From a virus: a DNA stretch of 64,000 bases. The translations under genes and the position numbers were made by a program. Below the pieces are notes generated by a model. It had not been told where the DNA came from. It worked only from the letters and a program-made list of their open reading frames with translations, and made no database searches. Position 1 is the first letter of the stretch, and each line of letters opens with the position of its first letter. The stretch spans positions 32,001 through 96,000 of IMG/VR virus record IMGVR_UViG_3300002143_000172, one strand, 5' to 3'. This document shows positions 24,654 to 34,577 of the stretch, piece after piece.

Positions 24654-25805
24654 TTACTGTTGACCTTGCGTCACGCTAACTGAACATCCGCTCAATGTGG
24701 CACATTGTTGAGTGATATTGATATTTTGTGCTGAAGAACCTTGTTGTACTACTCCGACAGTACTGGCACCACCAACATTGGTTAGATTGATAGTGGCTTT
24801 ATGACTACCTGCATCCCTTTGATTTACAGTGACACTATGGCCGTTGCCACTTAGTGCAAGGTCAAGGTAACTGCCGTTTCCTTGTTGACTGATATCAAAC
24901 ACATTGCTGTTACCATTTACTACTCCAAAGAATATCTTTTCGCCGTTGCCACTTTGTTTTAATGACCCTTGATTACTGTTGCCTACGATATCAATTAACG
25001 CAAAGTGTCCAGAAGAACTAGCACCGTCATTACTTTGTTTAGCGACTACGGTATTGGTATTTCCCGAGACATTCAATCCTAGATAGTGACCGCCGCTTTC
25101 GCTACCATCCTGTAGCCCTGTACTAGGACTCCGTGCTTGCCATACACTGATCGTATTAGAGTCCCCGGCTATGCTAAATTCAATTTGATTTTTCCCGCCC
25201 CCATCACCTTGTTTGATATTAATATTATTACTGCTACCGTTAAGAACAGCATAGTTGGCTCCCAACCCGCTTATCCGATTATAAAAACCTGTTTGCTCTA
25301 TTGTTGTACTGTTATTAGCACTACCTGTCTTAACATCTAAGTTAATTGAATTATTATTGAATAAGTTACCTACATTGGTTTTTGCACTATTGACCACTAT
25401 TGTCTGTGGATTAGTGATATTACTATCATATGATACAGAGCCACCGCCCACTATTACTGGCGGTGGAGGTGGACTGGCAAAACTATAATATCTTCCTGAG
25501 TCCGGCCAAGCTACATTGCCACTACTATCCCTTGTATAAAGTAATAAGGTATCACTGTCGGGTTGTGTGGCATGGTCAATTACATAGCTAGTGCCAGCAC
25601 ATTCTGCGCTAGTACAAGTTGCTGTCCATCCGGATAGATTGTTAAGTCCTTGGGCTACTAATGAATCAAACTCATTGGGATTATTTCCGCGATAGACAAA
25701 TATATAATCACTACCCTGTCCGCTAACATTCATAGCAGGGCCAACCGAAACAGCGCGGACATTGCTAGATATCAGTAAGAGTAGGATTAGTAAAAACTTT
25801 TTCAT
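24654..25805 (-). CDS. Secreted curlin-like repeat protein
   Basis: Signal peptide; repeated QxGxxN beta-solenoid motifs. Confidence 0.65.
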   Translation of the reverse strand: MKKFLLILLLLISSNVRAVSVGPAMNVSGQGSDYIFVYRGNNPNEFDSLVAQGLNNLSGWTATCTSAECAGTSYVIDHATQPDSDTLLLYTRDSSGNVAWPDSGRYYSFASPPPPPVIVGGGSVSYDSNITNPQTIVVNSAKTNVGNLFNNNSINLDVKTGSANNSTTIEQTGFYNRISGLGANYAVLNGSSNNINIKQGDGGGKNQIEFSIAGDSNTISVWQARSPSTGLQDGSESGGHYLGLNVSGNTNTVVAKQSNDGASSSGHFALIDIVGNSNQGSLKQSGNGEKIFFGVVNGNSNVFDISQQGNGSYLDLALSGNGHSVTVNQRDAGSHKATINLTNVGGASTVGVVQQGSSAQNINITQQCATLSGCSVSVTQGQQ

Positions 25806-26932
25806 CTGTAGCTCTGATTAATAACAATCGTTCCGTATGATTTACTGCTTTGGCTGTTAAAGTTGTAAGCATCAGTCTGTCGATCTTGCGTCACTATAAC
25901 CAATGCTTGTGAGTCCATGGATAGTTTTATGTCTACGAAATTACCGGCATTCTGTGTCGTGCTGGTATAACCCCATCCTATTTGCAGAGTCTGGCTGGCA
26001 TCTTTCCAGACTTTATATACATGGTCATTTCCAGTCGATAGATCAGTCACTGCTATATCTAATGATTTAGTATCGATCATCGCCTTGTTTCGATCTCCAT
26101 CTTCTTGTTCTTGCCTTGCCCGCCCCTGTCTTTGTTTATCTTGCTGATCTTTTGAAGCCTGTTGTTCTTCTTTACCGTGATCTTTATCGTCTTTATCATC
26201 TTTGCCGTCTTTATTGCCCTGTCGATCCTTAGTCTTATCCACGGCTGCTCTTGCTGCCGCTACGATGTTCTTACCACCTTCTGTTTTAGGTTGATTTAAT
26301 AATAAGTTTGTACCTATGGCCGTACCTGTTAAACTAACAACTATTGGAGGACTAGGTGCCGCGCCCAGTGTTTCGACCATAGTAGCTTGGAAAGGTTTAT
26401 CCATGGTAACTGTGCCATTACCACTATTAACATCGATCCTACCACTACTACATTTTCCACCCATTGGATCGCAGCCTGCATTTGGCATCAATATGACCAT
26501 AGATGATCCTATTTCATTCACTGCCATAACAAAGTCTGTGCCTCGTACAGCAATGCTAGCCGTAGGTGTTTTAATGTTTACTGACTTGGGATCGTTGTGT
26601 GCTATCTTGCCAGATGCATATCTGACTGTGCCTGCGGCTGCTTTGAGTCCTAACTTACCTGCACCGCTTTTAGGATCGTATACAAAATCGTCTATAACTA
26701 GTGCGCTATGCTCTGTAACTTTAACACTGGTATCATCTTTAAAAATAATAGTAAGACTACCATTTTTAGTTTCTATTTTATCATTCATCTCTATCTCTGC
26801 GCCTTTAGCTACAGAGATAGTTTCCTTACCTCGTTTGATTTGTGCTGATCCTGAAAGTTCAGTCACAGATCCTATACCTGCGTAACATTCTCCCGCAAGA
26901 AATAGTCCCAAGAGAAAGAGAGCAAGTCTCAT
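25802..26932 (-). CDS. FecR-domain secreted protein
   Basis: Signal peptide; D.IET..G...I.F.DDT, TPTASIAVRGTDF. Confidence 0.85.
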   Translation of the reverse strand: MRLALFLLGLFLAGECYAGIGSVTELSGSAQIKRGKETISVAKGAEIEMNDKIETKNGSLTIIFKDDTSVKVTEHSALVIDDFVYDPKSGAGKLGLKAAAGTVRYASGKIAHNDPKSVNIKTPTASIAVRGTDFVMAVNEIGSSMVILMPNAGCDPMGGKCSSGRIDVNSGNGTVTMDKPFQATMVETLGAAPSPPIVVSLTGTAIGTNLLLNQPKTEGGKNIVAAARAAVDKTKDRQGNKDGKDDKDDKDHGKEEQQASKDQQDKQRQGRARQEQEDGDRNKAMIDTKSLDIAVTDLSTGNDHVYKVWKDASQTLQIGWGYTSTTQNAGNFVDIKLSMDSQALVIVTQDRQTDAYNFNSQSSKSYGTIVINQSYR

Positions 26933-26941
26933 TTTGCTCCT

Positions 26942-27751
26942 TTAGTTCTTTTGCAGTATATTAAATGTACCGCTAGTTGTTCCCGAAGTCTTGATGTTAA
27001 GGTAATTGTTAACACTTCCACTTTGCTCAATGTTCATTGTAGAACCAGTAGTTGATGCCATATCTAAAGCAATATGACTACCGCCGACCGCTGTGCTCTT
27101 TTGAGAAATATTAAATGTGTTACTATCACCAGTTAGACTAATAACCTGACTATGGTCATTACCAAGTTGATCAATAACAAAAGTGTTGGTATTGCCAGTT
27201 ACATCAATATGGCTAAACAAGTTGTCACCTGTACCCCTGTACTGAATGGAGTTCGTGTTGCCGGTAACTCTCCAGTTTATATCTGCTGCCTTACATCCTG
27301 TAAGTGCGGTGCTTCCATCACTAGCTGTTCCGTATCCGCAAGCGGCATCGACAATGTTGCTATCACCTAGTTGACGAATGGTAACTGTAGCACCTTGACT
27401 AGAACCAGATGTTGCATTAGTAACTTCTAAGTTAAGTGTATTGTTGTCACCACTCTGTATAGTGATAATACTTTGATCGATACCCCTCAAACGAACTGCT
27501 CGGCTGGCATCACCTGCGGTGTTACCCGACCCTTCTTGTGTCATATTGACATTGGGATTGGCACCACTTTGATCTAAATAGATCTTGTTGGTTGTTCCAC
27601 TTAATGCCGCTGTGGCTGCTGAAGTGGCTGTTCCGGGAGCATTCATCGATGGAATGGTCGGAGATGTCGGTGCAGTTACCGTAGTCTGTGCCATACTAAC
27701 CATAGGTAGTAAGCAGGTTGCTATTAGTAATGCTATTAGTGTTTTTTTCAT
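26942..27751 (-). CDS. Secreted curlin-like repeat protein
   Basis: Signal peptide; QSG.N, QEGSGN, QLGDSN, QLGNDH repeats. Confidence 0.65.
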   Translation of the reverse strand: MKKTLIALLIATCLLPMVSMAQTTVTAPTSPTIPSMNAPGTATSAATAALSGTTNKIYLDQSGANPNVNMTQEGSGNTAGDASRAVRLRGIDQSIITIQSGDNNTLNLEVTNATSGSSQGATVTIRQLGDSNIVDAACGYGTASDGSTALTGCKAADINWRVTGNTNSIQYRGTGDNLFSHIDVTGNTNTFVIDQLGNDHSQVISLTGDSNTFNISQKSTAVGGSHIALDMASTTGSTMNIEQSGSVNNYLNIKTSGTTSGTFNILQKN

Positions 27752-27803
27752 AATTTTGGTCCTTTAAGGTTGGTGTTAGTGTAAATTACCTTCCTATGTT
27801 ATT

Positions 27804-28658
27804 TTACTTAATTGGGTCCTTTTCAAACTTTAATCCTAAGTCCGATTTAGTTTCCGTAGGAACCTCCTTGTACTTCCACAGTCCTTGTTGCTCACCCTTC
27901 TTTAACATCTCGGTTATCCCAGTTTCAATAGCTGAACGCAGAGCATAGTTACCGGGTTCGTTAAATGTTTGGCTTGAATCAAATTCAAATGCTTCTGTTG
28001 CTTTGTTAAAAAATTTCAACGCAGTTATACCATCACTGGTGCTGAGTAGGTTCTTTTCTATCGTAACCGTGGTTAATATCTCTCCGCTGGTTACACTGAC
28101 TAATCGTAAACTAATCACAACAAGATCTTGTGTGTATTGCGTAAATGGGCCTATGCCTAAAAATCTGGCACCGGTTCCCCCTGTCAGAGTATTTGAATTA
28201 TAGTCAATTATACCACCTTCAATAATAACACCAGCTAGGGTTAATGGGGGCAACATCTTTGCCTTGTCGCCATCATAAATCTCGCGTGTCTGCTTGATCA
28301 TCTGTCTTTCTTTTAACAGGTTATCTAGCCCCACACGCTCAACAACGGTAAACCATTTTCCATTACTTGCTTCCTTCAAACTCTTGATCATGTATGCTTC
28401 AGCGCCTTGTGTAACTGCGGTGCTGAACAAACTCAATGTAGAGCTAGGTTTTCTCTGTCCTGTTAAATCTTTAAATCCATAAACTGCTACTGTGATAGGA
28501 GGACCTGCTGGTTCTGGAATATCTTTAAAGCCTTTGTTGATCATTCCAGAAACAGTGGCTTCGCCTTCGATACCAATATCACTCAACGGTCGTATAGTTG
28601 AACAACCTACAAGTGCTGTTAGTGCCAGCGTTAAAAGTGTATTTTTAAATAAGTTCAT
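27804..28658 (-). CDS. csgG: Curli secretion channel lipoprotein CsgG
   Basis: Lipobox LVGC; VAVYGFKDLTGQRK, STAVTQG, WFTVVERVGLDNLLKERQ. Confidence 0.92.
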   Translation of the reverse strand: MNLFKNTLLTLALTALVGCSTIRPLSDIGIEGEATVSGMINKGFKDIPEPAGPPITVAVYGFKDLTGQRKPSSTLSLFSTAVTQGAEAYMIKSLKEASNGKWFTVVERVGLDNLLKERQMIKQTREIYDGDKAKMLPPLTLAGVIIEGGIIDYNSNTLTGGTGARFLGIGPFTQYTQDLVVISLRLVSVTSGEILTTVTIEKNLLSTSDGITALKFFNKATEAFEFDSSQTFNEPGNYALRSAIETGITEMLKKGEQQGLWKYKEVPTETKSDLGLKFEKDPIK

Positions 28659-28667
28659 TGATACCCT

Positions 28668-29144
28668 TTAAAATCCAAAACTAGCAATTGGTACTATAAC
28701 CGTTGTTACGGTTCCCTTAGAATCAACGACAGTTAATGTAACTTTATCAATAGTCTTTGTCCAAGTTACTGTGTTGCCGTCTAGCAAGAAATTACCTGTA
28801 GTTGGGTTAGTACATCCGGGTATTGTTCCACCATCTGCTGCCGCACAGTTATTTTTAAATAGGTTGTTACTTAATTGAGTTGATAACTGTGCGTAAACTT
28901 GGCTTTGGAACAAGCTCATAAATCTATTCAAAGGGGTATTTAAAAGTTCAGATTCTGCTTTTGCGATGTCTGATTTCTTTTGGGCGTCAATTGTGTCTCT
29001 GCGTGACTTTTCAATGCTGTCAATAGTCAACACATGACTGCTGTACCCTGCGCCACTAAAGGCGGGGTTCTTAAATTGTTGAACTAATTCGGCCGATGCG
29101 GTTCCGCTTAGTAACAAGCATAACGATACTAAGTGTAATCTCAT
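28668..29144 (-). CDS. csgF: Curli assembly protein CsgF-like
   Basis: Signal peptide then ELVQQFKNPAFSG; next to csgG. Confidence 0.8.
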   Translation of the reverse strand: MRLHLVSLCLLLSGTASAELVQQFKNPAFSGAGYSSHVLTIDSIEKSRRDTIDAQKKSDIAKAESELLNTPLNRFMSLFQSQVYAQLSTQLSNNLFKNNCAAADGGTIPGCTNPTTGNFLLDGNTVTWTKTIDKVTLTVVDSKGTVTTVIVPIASFGF

Positions 29145-29190
29145 GAATAACTCCTTTTACCAAGTATTTAGTAATTTTTAAGGAAAATTA

Positions 29191-29562
29191 TTAGAGTATT
29201 AAGAGGTACCAGGCGATTGCTATGTAGGATATTTGGTGAGCCATTTGGTCTAGACCAAATTGATTCCAAAATAGTGGTTTGGTATTATCTTTACAGCCGT
29301 ATCTAACCTTGGTGTAGTCAACTAGATAATGGTATATGCCCTCTATGGCTACTATTGCTAGGAGAGTTAGGGGTGCTATTGGATGTATGAACGAAAACAA
29401 CAGTAGCACAACTAAAGACGATAGCATATGGTCTCTAGTATGTGTCATTCCAATCGGATCTAACCATACACCCTTTTTAATGGTCTGCATGTAAGTTTGA
29501 ATCTTAAAGTCAGCAAACCAGTGCTTGACTTGTAGAAGGAATAGGAGTAATAGGATTTCCAT
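29191..29562 (-). CDS. DUF3307-like membrane protein
   Basis: HWFADF, HYLVDYTK, GLDQMAH. Confidence 0.75.
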   Translation of the reverse strand: MEILLLLFLLQVKHWFADFKIQTYMQTIKKGVWLDPIGMTHTRDHMLSSLVVLLLFSFIHPIAPLTLLAIVAIEGIYHYLVDYTKVRYGCKDNTKPLFWNQFGLDQMAHQISYIAIAWYLLIL

Positions 29563-29616
29563 CGTTAAGTATTTATATATCTACTTAACTTATGTATATA
29601 CTTATTTGAGCAAAAA

Positions 29617-30888
29617 TTACACAGTAGGCTGGTCTTGGGCTGTTTTTACAATACTTGTTTGTGGATATGCATATTGCCCGTCGTTGGCAATAGGATATGC
29701 TGTGCCTACGTGTAGACGCAAACCGCCAGCATTTAGGCTTGCATTATCCACAAAGAAGGTGAAAGTTGCAGGATTTATGGTAAGATCTATGTATAAAATA
29801 CCAGAATCTGTTTTATGTGCCATGTAGTTGTTTAGTACACCTACACCATATAATTGCTTTGCTTTACCAGAATTACCGCTTGTGATCGCTGTAACGACTG
29901 CTCCTGCATATTCCGGAACCTTAATAAAGATTTGATCTAGTACTTCGGTTAACTTTGCTTTGTATACAGCCTGCATGTCTGGAGTAAGTTTACCGTACAA
30001 TGTAATTAACCCATCAAGGTTAATACCTGATTTGGTTATCAGTCCTTTGGGAATCTTAGGTACTGCCGATGCTTTTGATTTAGCTTCAACTGTTGGAACT
30101 GGTTGTTCTGGTACCTCTGGCTGCGGAGCTATTACCGGCTGTGGAGCCACCGGTGTAGTTGGTTGTGTAGGAGCACTAGTAGGTTCTGCAGGCTGATCGT
30201 CTGCATAAGGTTTGAATGTTTTTATAAAATCGTTAACAGCATTTTGATAACCAGTACCTGGTTTAACTTGTCGATCAGTGAACCGTCCAGCACCGCCATC
30301 TGTTGTCTTAACTTCAACTGTGCCAAAATTTACAATCTCAATGTCACCTTTGTTTCCAGATGGGTTTTTAATGCGAGGACTTAACACTTTAAGCATAAAT
30401 TCGCCCTTGCCTTTACCTATGCTAGCAACTTGTAGCAAGTCGTCTGTTAATTCTTTAATAGCAGGATTATTGGAATAACCTCTTACAATTTGGTCAATTG
30501 TATGTGTGCCTTTTAGTAATAGGTCCACATTGATAAGACCCCCATCTTTCCACTGCGTTAACATGGATTTTTTATATTCCACCGGAGCATCAAGGCTAAC
30601 GATATATTTGGCCAGTAGTTCTTTGGCCGCCACAACATCTGCATCGGACCAAGAACCTAAATCAGTTAGTGCAGATTTTCTACGGCCGCCTAATTTAACA
30701 GTTGATAGAACATCATTAATTTCGTCTAATGCATGTTGTGTTTGTTCATCTGGTTCGAGTTCTTTAATCTTATGGACAATTGCCAGTTTAAGACTATACA
30801 ATGGATCCGATGTAGGGTCTCCAGGAGTAACCTGTGCAGGCGCCTGGTTTTTTGCTTCAATTAGTTTAAAGAATTCTTTTGCTCTCAT
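29617..30888 (-). CDS. Hypothetical protein with PD-(D/E)xK-like motif and Pro-rich linker
   Basis: GKGEF...GDIEI...VEVK. Confidence 0.5.
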   Translation of the reverse strand: MRAKEFFKLIEAKNQAPAQVTPGDPTSDPLYSLKLAIVHKIKELEPDEQTQHALDEINDVLSTVKLGGRRKSALTDLGSWSDADVVAAKELLAKYIVSLDAPVEYKKSMLTQWKDGGLINVDLLLKGTHTIDQIVRGYSNNPAIKELTDDLLQVASIGKGKGEFMLKVLSPRIKNPSGNKGDIEIVNFGTVEVKTTDGGAGRFTDRQVKPGTGYQNAVNDFIKTFKPYADDQPAEPTSAPTQPTTPVAPQPVIAPQPEVPEQPVPTVEAKSKASAVPKIPKGLITKSGINLDGLITLYGKLTPDMQAVYKAKLTEVLDQIFIKVPEYAGAVVTAITSGNSGKAKQLYGVGVLNNYMAHKTDSGILYIDLTINPATFTFFVDNASLNAGGLRLHVGTAYPIANDGQYAYPQTSIVKTAQDQPTV

Positions 30889-30897
30889 AATGAATAT

Positions 30898-31572
30898 TTA
30901 GCCAATTTCCGGGAACAACATTTCTTGTACATAGGCCTTAGCTTCTTCTTCGGTAAACCCTAGATGCTGTAAACTAGCAGGGGTTCGGGGATTTTGCTTT
31001 TGATAGTAGCAATAGCGATTATGTGACATATGATAGTCATTTGGCCATTCTTGCGTGTCACCCACGGTATCTAGGTAGTATTTTAGGGTAGTTAGCCCTA
31101 CATCAATAAACTCGTCTAATTCTTCAGAGTTTACAGCGCCAATGGCTACCATGTGATTACTAAAGATATATCTGGCCCATTCCGGTAGATCTCTGGGCTT
31201 ATTCCAGTCAATTCCAGCTACTTTATTGGCAAACCAACGGCACATTGGGTGGTTTTGATCCCCGGATGCACTGTAGTCGTGGAAAGCACCGCTTACCTTA
31301 GTGGGCCCGCATACAATGTCGAATCCGTAAATTGGACTAGAATCGTTAGTATGGGGGAATATGGTAACATGGAGAAGATAGAGCTTTTTAGATTCTCTCG
31401 CATCGATAGTACTTATATGCGCCCTACGATACCGTGAACTAGTGAATACGATATCATTAGAATTAATTTTACTATTTGGACGAACTTCTACAACTTCGCC
31501 ACTTTCTCTTAACTGCTTTTCTATTTTACCTGCACAGGCAATTACTTTGTCAAACAACGAGCTCATTATCAT
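30898..31572 (-). CDS. Ferredoxin-dependent bilin reductase (PcyA/PcyX-like)
   Basis: RRAHI, LHVTIFP, PIYGFDIV, GAFHDYS, YCYYQKQNPRT. Confidence 0.88.
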   Translation of the reverse strand: MIMSSLFDKVIACAGKIEKQLRESGEVVEVRPNSKINSNDIVFTSSRYRRAHISTIDARESKKLYLLHVTIFPHTNDSSPIYGFDIVCGPTKVSGAFHDYSASGDQNHPMCRWFANKVAGIDWNKPRDLPEWARYIFSNHMVAIGAVNSEELDEFIDVGLTTLKYYLDTVGDTQEWPNDYHMSHNRYCYYQKQNPRTPASLQHLGFTEEEAKAYVQEMLFPEIG

Positions 31573-32089
31573 ATTCCTTCATCATGCGTATTGCCCAATC
31601 GAAGGCTATGTTAGCTTCATCTCCCATGCTGTCGTTTAACTTAGCACGGATGTTGGTCATCAAAGTTTTTGTATCTTCAAATTCTAAAGCACGGTGACTG
31701 CCTGGAACAATTTTCTTAATCATCTGTCCACCAAACATATCACCCATGTGCCATGTGTATAGATGCGCCATTACCTTATTGGGGTCTTTACTAATACTCA
31801 ATAGATAATTATGATAATCTTGTACCACGGGTCTATAATCTGGACGAGTTTGATCTTTGGACATTTCGCAGTAGTCTTGATAGATGTAGTATGTTCTACG
31901 AAGATCTGGAAGATCATTTAGAAGTCCACAGGCACCGGCAGCGCCTTCTATCGTTCCATAGAACAATGTTTTTTGATATGTCCAATCTACCCACAAACTA
32001 AAAGGCAATGTCTTTGCGAACACTGCCTTCATAAATTCAGTTGACTCTGCTTGTTTGTGTTTTTCTTGTGTTAATTCTTTTAAGCTCAT
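31550..32089 (-). CDS. Heme oxygenase
   Basis: LKELTQEKHKQAE, AHLYTWHMGDMFGGQMI, EANIAF. Confidence 0.9.
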   Translation of the reverse strand: MSLKELTQEKHKQAESTEFMKAVFAKTLPFSLWVDWTYQKTLFYGTIEGAAGACGLLNDLPDLRRTYYIYQDYCEMSKDQTRPDYRPVVQDYHNYLLSISKDPNKVMAHLYTWHMGDMFGGQMIKKIVPGSHRALEFEDTKTLMTNIRAKLNDSMGDEANIAFDWAIRMMKEYDNELVV

Positions 32090-32394
32090 TCAGCCTCCAT
32101 TTTTACTACTAAGGGGAATCCATTTGCCCGTGCCATCTGTGTGGCATCCATAGTTTTTTGTTCTGCGATCTCGTGTGAATAAGTTCCGGCGATAGCACTG
32201 CCTTCGTGATGGACTTTGATCGTTAATTCAACAGCGGCAGGTTCTGGATGTTTAAAAACCCTAACCAACATGGCTACTACAAATTCTACAGGAGTTACAT
32301 CATCGTTACAAACGATGACATTAAATTTACTAGGTTCCTTAGGTTTACGGATACTAGTTTTTTTCTTCTCAATAACTTCGGTGTCTGTAGTCAT
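32086..32394 (-). CDS. clpS: Clp protease adaptor ClpS
   Basis: NDDVTPVEFVV, VHHEG, AEQK, GFPL. Confidence 0.92.
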   Translation of the reverse strand: MTTDTEVIEKKKTSIRKPKEPSKFNVIVCNDDVTPVEFVVAMLVRVFKHPEPAAVELTIKVHHEGSAIAGTYSHEIAEQKTMDATQMARANGFPLVVKMEAE

Positions 32395-32420
32395 AATCTC
32401 TATTTTTAAAAAGTTTTAAA

Positions 32421-32442
32421 ATGGGGGCAGGAATGCCCCCAT
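32421..32442. terminator. Hairpin/terminator after hsp20
   Basis: ATGGGGGCA-GGAA-TGCCCCCAT. Confidence 0.6.
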
Positions 32443-32448
32443 TGCTAA

Positions 32449-32883
32449 TTACTTAGCAGTGATTTTTAGCACCCGTGGCTTTAATGCTTCGGGGATAACA
32501 CGCTTGAGTTCGATAGTTAGCACACCATTCTTAATAGTTAGCTCACCGACCTCCATGTGTTCTGCTAGGGTCCAGGAACGAGTAAAATCTCGTGTCGCTA
32601 GTCCGCGGTGCAAATAAGCTGGTTCTTGTAGCTCAACTTCTTTGTGCTGACCCTTAACGATCATTTGAGTTTGATCAAGTTCAACTGTAATTTCTTCCTT
32701 TTCAAATCCAGTAACAGCAATTTCGATCTCATAGGTATCGTCATCGTGTTTTAGGATATTGTAAGGGGGATAGTTTTGATTAATTTGATTTGCAAAACGA
32801 TGTTCAAAATCGTTAAAAAGTGTATCAAAACCTAGAAGTGCTCTGTTGAGCGAGTTAGTATCGAAGCGTACAATTTGATTCAT
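32449..32883 (-). CDS. Small heat shock protein (IbpA-like Hsp20)
   Basis: NYPPYNI, YLHRGLA.R.F, NGVLTI. Confidence 0.93.
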   Translation of the reverse strand: MNQIVRFDTNSLNRALLGFDTLFNDFEHRFANQINQNYPPYNILKHDDDTYEIEIAVTGFEKEEITVELDQTQMIVKGQHKEVELQEPAYLHRGLATRDFTRSWTLAEHMEVGELTIKNGVLTIELKRVIPEALKPRVLKITAK

Positions 32884-32965
32884 AATTTTCTCCTTTAATA
32901 AGTAAGAATCATTTGGGCTCTATGCCCAGCGTAGCAGCCATTAGGTCTACTACACAGTTATTTAT

Positions 32966-34278
32966 TATAGATGAAATCAAAGTATTTGTCAAATTGATTT
33001 TTGAAACAACCAAAGATCTTCAAAATTTCCATCTCTAGTTTTTTTGGCTTGTCTAGAGCCCGAAATAGCACTCCACTGAACTTTATAATGTGTTGCTTTA
33101 CCAAAGTGCGCTTCTGCGATATCACGCATGTCTTGACTAATTGTAACTTCTTCTTTGGCCTTATTCCTATAGTTACTAATAACAAATGCAAGGCGGCCAT
33201 CGGGCTTTAACACTTGTTTAGCAATCATAATTGTAGATTCCCAATAGTTAAGTAACCAATCTTCGTAGTTTGGATAGTTGGTAAAACTCTGTTCTTCACC
33301 TGGATAAATTTCTAAATCGTAGTAGGGCGGACTGAACAAGACTGCGTCTACTTGTTCTTTATACTTCTCACCAAACTGATGTCGTTTGTTTAATTCTTCA
33401 CTTGGACACAAGTACAAGTCTATTTCTTTGTCGGCAATTTCAAATAAACTAGCATCTCTGTATTTTTGCCATTCAGCATGTAACTTGTTTCCGTTATCTA
33501 CTACTTCTGGAATAACATCTGTACTAATAAACTTCTTCCAATTACTATTATAAAATCCAAGCTGATAAGCGTTCCAGCCCATACACGGCGCAAAGATTGT
33601 ATCACCTTCAAATAGTTCTTCCATAATACCCCGGTAAGTTACAGGGTTAAAAATACTAGCACGATTACAGCCCATCATAAAGTCTGTCCAGAACTGTCCA
33701 TAATCGCTATCGATCTTACAGATGTGATCAAAGAATGCCGGCCCAACTAAACTATTGCGTAGTTTGAAATCTTCAAACATAGCCTTCATTAGGCCAACGA
33801 CATATTCAAAGTCGTTACTGTATAACTTCTTAGTGTTATAGAAATTTTCAAAGTTTATATTTTTACAAAGTCTGCCATACTTAGAATGAGTGCGCCCAGC
33901 AAATGTATTACCTTCTAATATACTAGCCGGTGGAATCTGAAAATAGAAATTCATATCGGTAATTGCTACCGTACGACGGTACCATGATTCTAGTACCACT
34001 TCGGGTTCTTGTACTATCATCTTGTACAATTTTAGTTTATAATCGTTTAATCTAGCCGCACGATTATCCTTCTTTGCTACACGAGTAACAAAAGTATCTA
34101 GATCACTGCGTACAACAAAATTACCAGAAGTATCGCTACCGTTAAGTACAGATAGTTTTGCAGAAAAGTCGTTAAACGAGACATTTTTTTGTAAGTTGAA
34201 TAAGTTTAAGAATTGTTGTAAGGTATATTTCATAGTCACGTATTTATAATATAGATGAAATCAAAGTATTTGTCAAAT
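32966..34278. repeat. 29-bp direct repeat (promoter) flanking the MTase gene: 32966-32994 and 34250-34278
   Basis: TATAGATGAAATCAAAGTATTTGTCAAAT occurs twice. Confidence 0.85.
32989..34233 (-). CDS. Amino-methyltransferase-type DNA methyltransferase
   Basis: APCMGW, FSPPYYDLEIY, LKPDG. Confidence 0.75.
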   Translation of the reverse strand: MKYTLQQFLNLFNLQKNVSFNDFSAKLSVLNGSDTSGNFVVRSDLDTFVTRVAKKDNRAARLNDYKLKLYKMIVQEPEVVLESWYRRTVAITDMNFYFQIPPASILEGNTFAGRTHSKYGRLCKNINFENFYNTKKLYSNDFEYVVGLMKAMFEDFKLRNSLVGPAFFDHICKIDSDYGQFWTDFMMGCNRASIFNPVTYRGIMEELFEGDTIFAPCMGWNAYQLGFYNSNWKKFISTDVIPEVVDNGNKLHAEWQKYRDASLFEIADKEIDLYLCPSEELNKRHQFGEKYKEQVDAVLFSPPYYDLEIYPGEEQSFTNYPNYEDWLLNYWESTIMIAKQVLKPDGRLAFVISNYRNKAKEEVTISQDMRDIAEAHFGKATHYKVQWSAISGSRQAKKTRDGNFEDLWLFQKSI

Positions 34279-34289
34279 GAATTGTATTT

Positions 34290-34577
34290 TTATAAGTCAT
34301 CATCGATAACATGATCTGCTACTCCGTTTGGGATTTTATCCAAATAGTGTTGTTTATAGGCCGCCTTTTCTTTTTCTAAATCGTATGTACTAATGACAGA
34401 TTCGTTAAGAGCCTTGTAAATTGGATGTAGTAATTTTTCCATTATCCTGCGGCTCATTTCTTCTAATACTTGTTCTGTATCTTTACCTTGTGCAATCTGC
34501 ATCATAGCGTGGCCGTGTTCAAACATAGCCACTCGTTTAGACCACTCTTCATAACTTTCGTTTGTATATGGCTTCAT
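34290..34577 (-). CDS. Stand-alone glutamyl-tRNA reductase dimerisation-domain-like protein
   Basis: AMMQIAQGKDTEQVLEEMSRRIMEKLLHP resembles the HemA C-terminus. Confidence 0.65.
   Translation of the reverse strand: MKPYTNESYEEWSKRVAMFEHGHAMMQIAQGKDTEQVLEEMSRRIMEKLLHPIYKALNESVISTYDLEKEKAAYKQHYLDKIPNGVADHVIDDDL

Noticed and set aside
22576-30901. Long plus-strand ORFs 22576..23166, 26316..26885 and 30506..30901
   Set aside because: Antisense shadows of well-supported minus-strand genes
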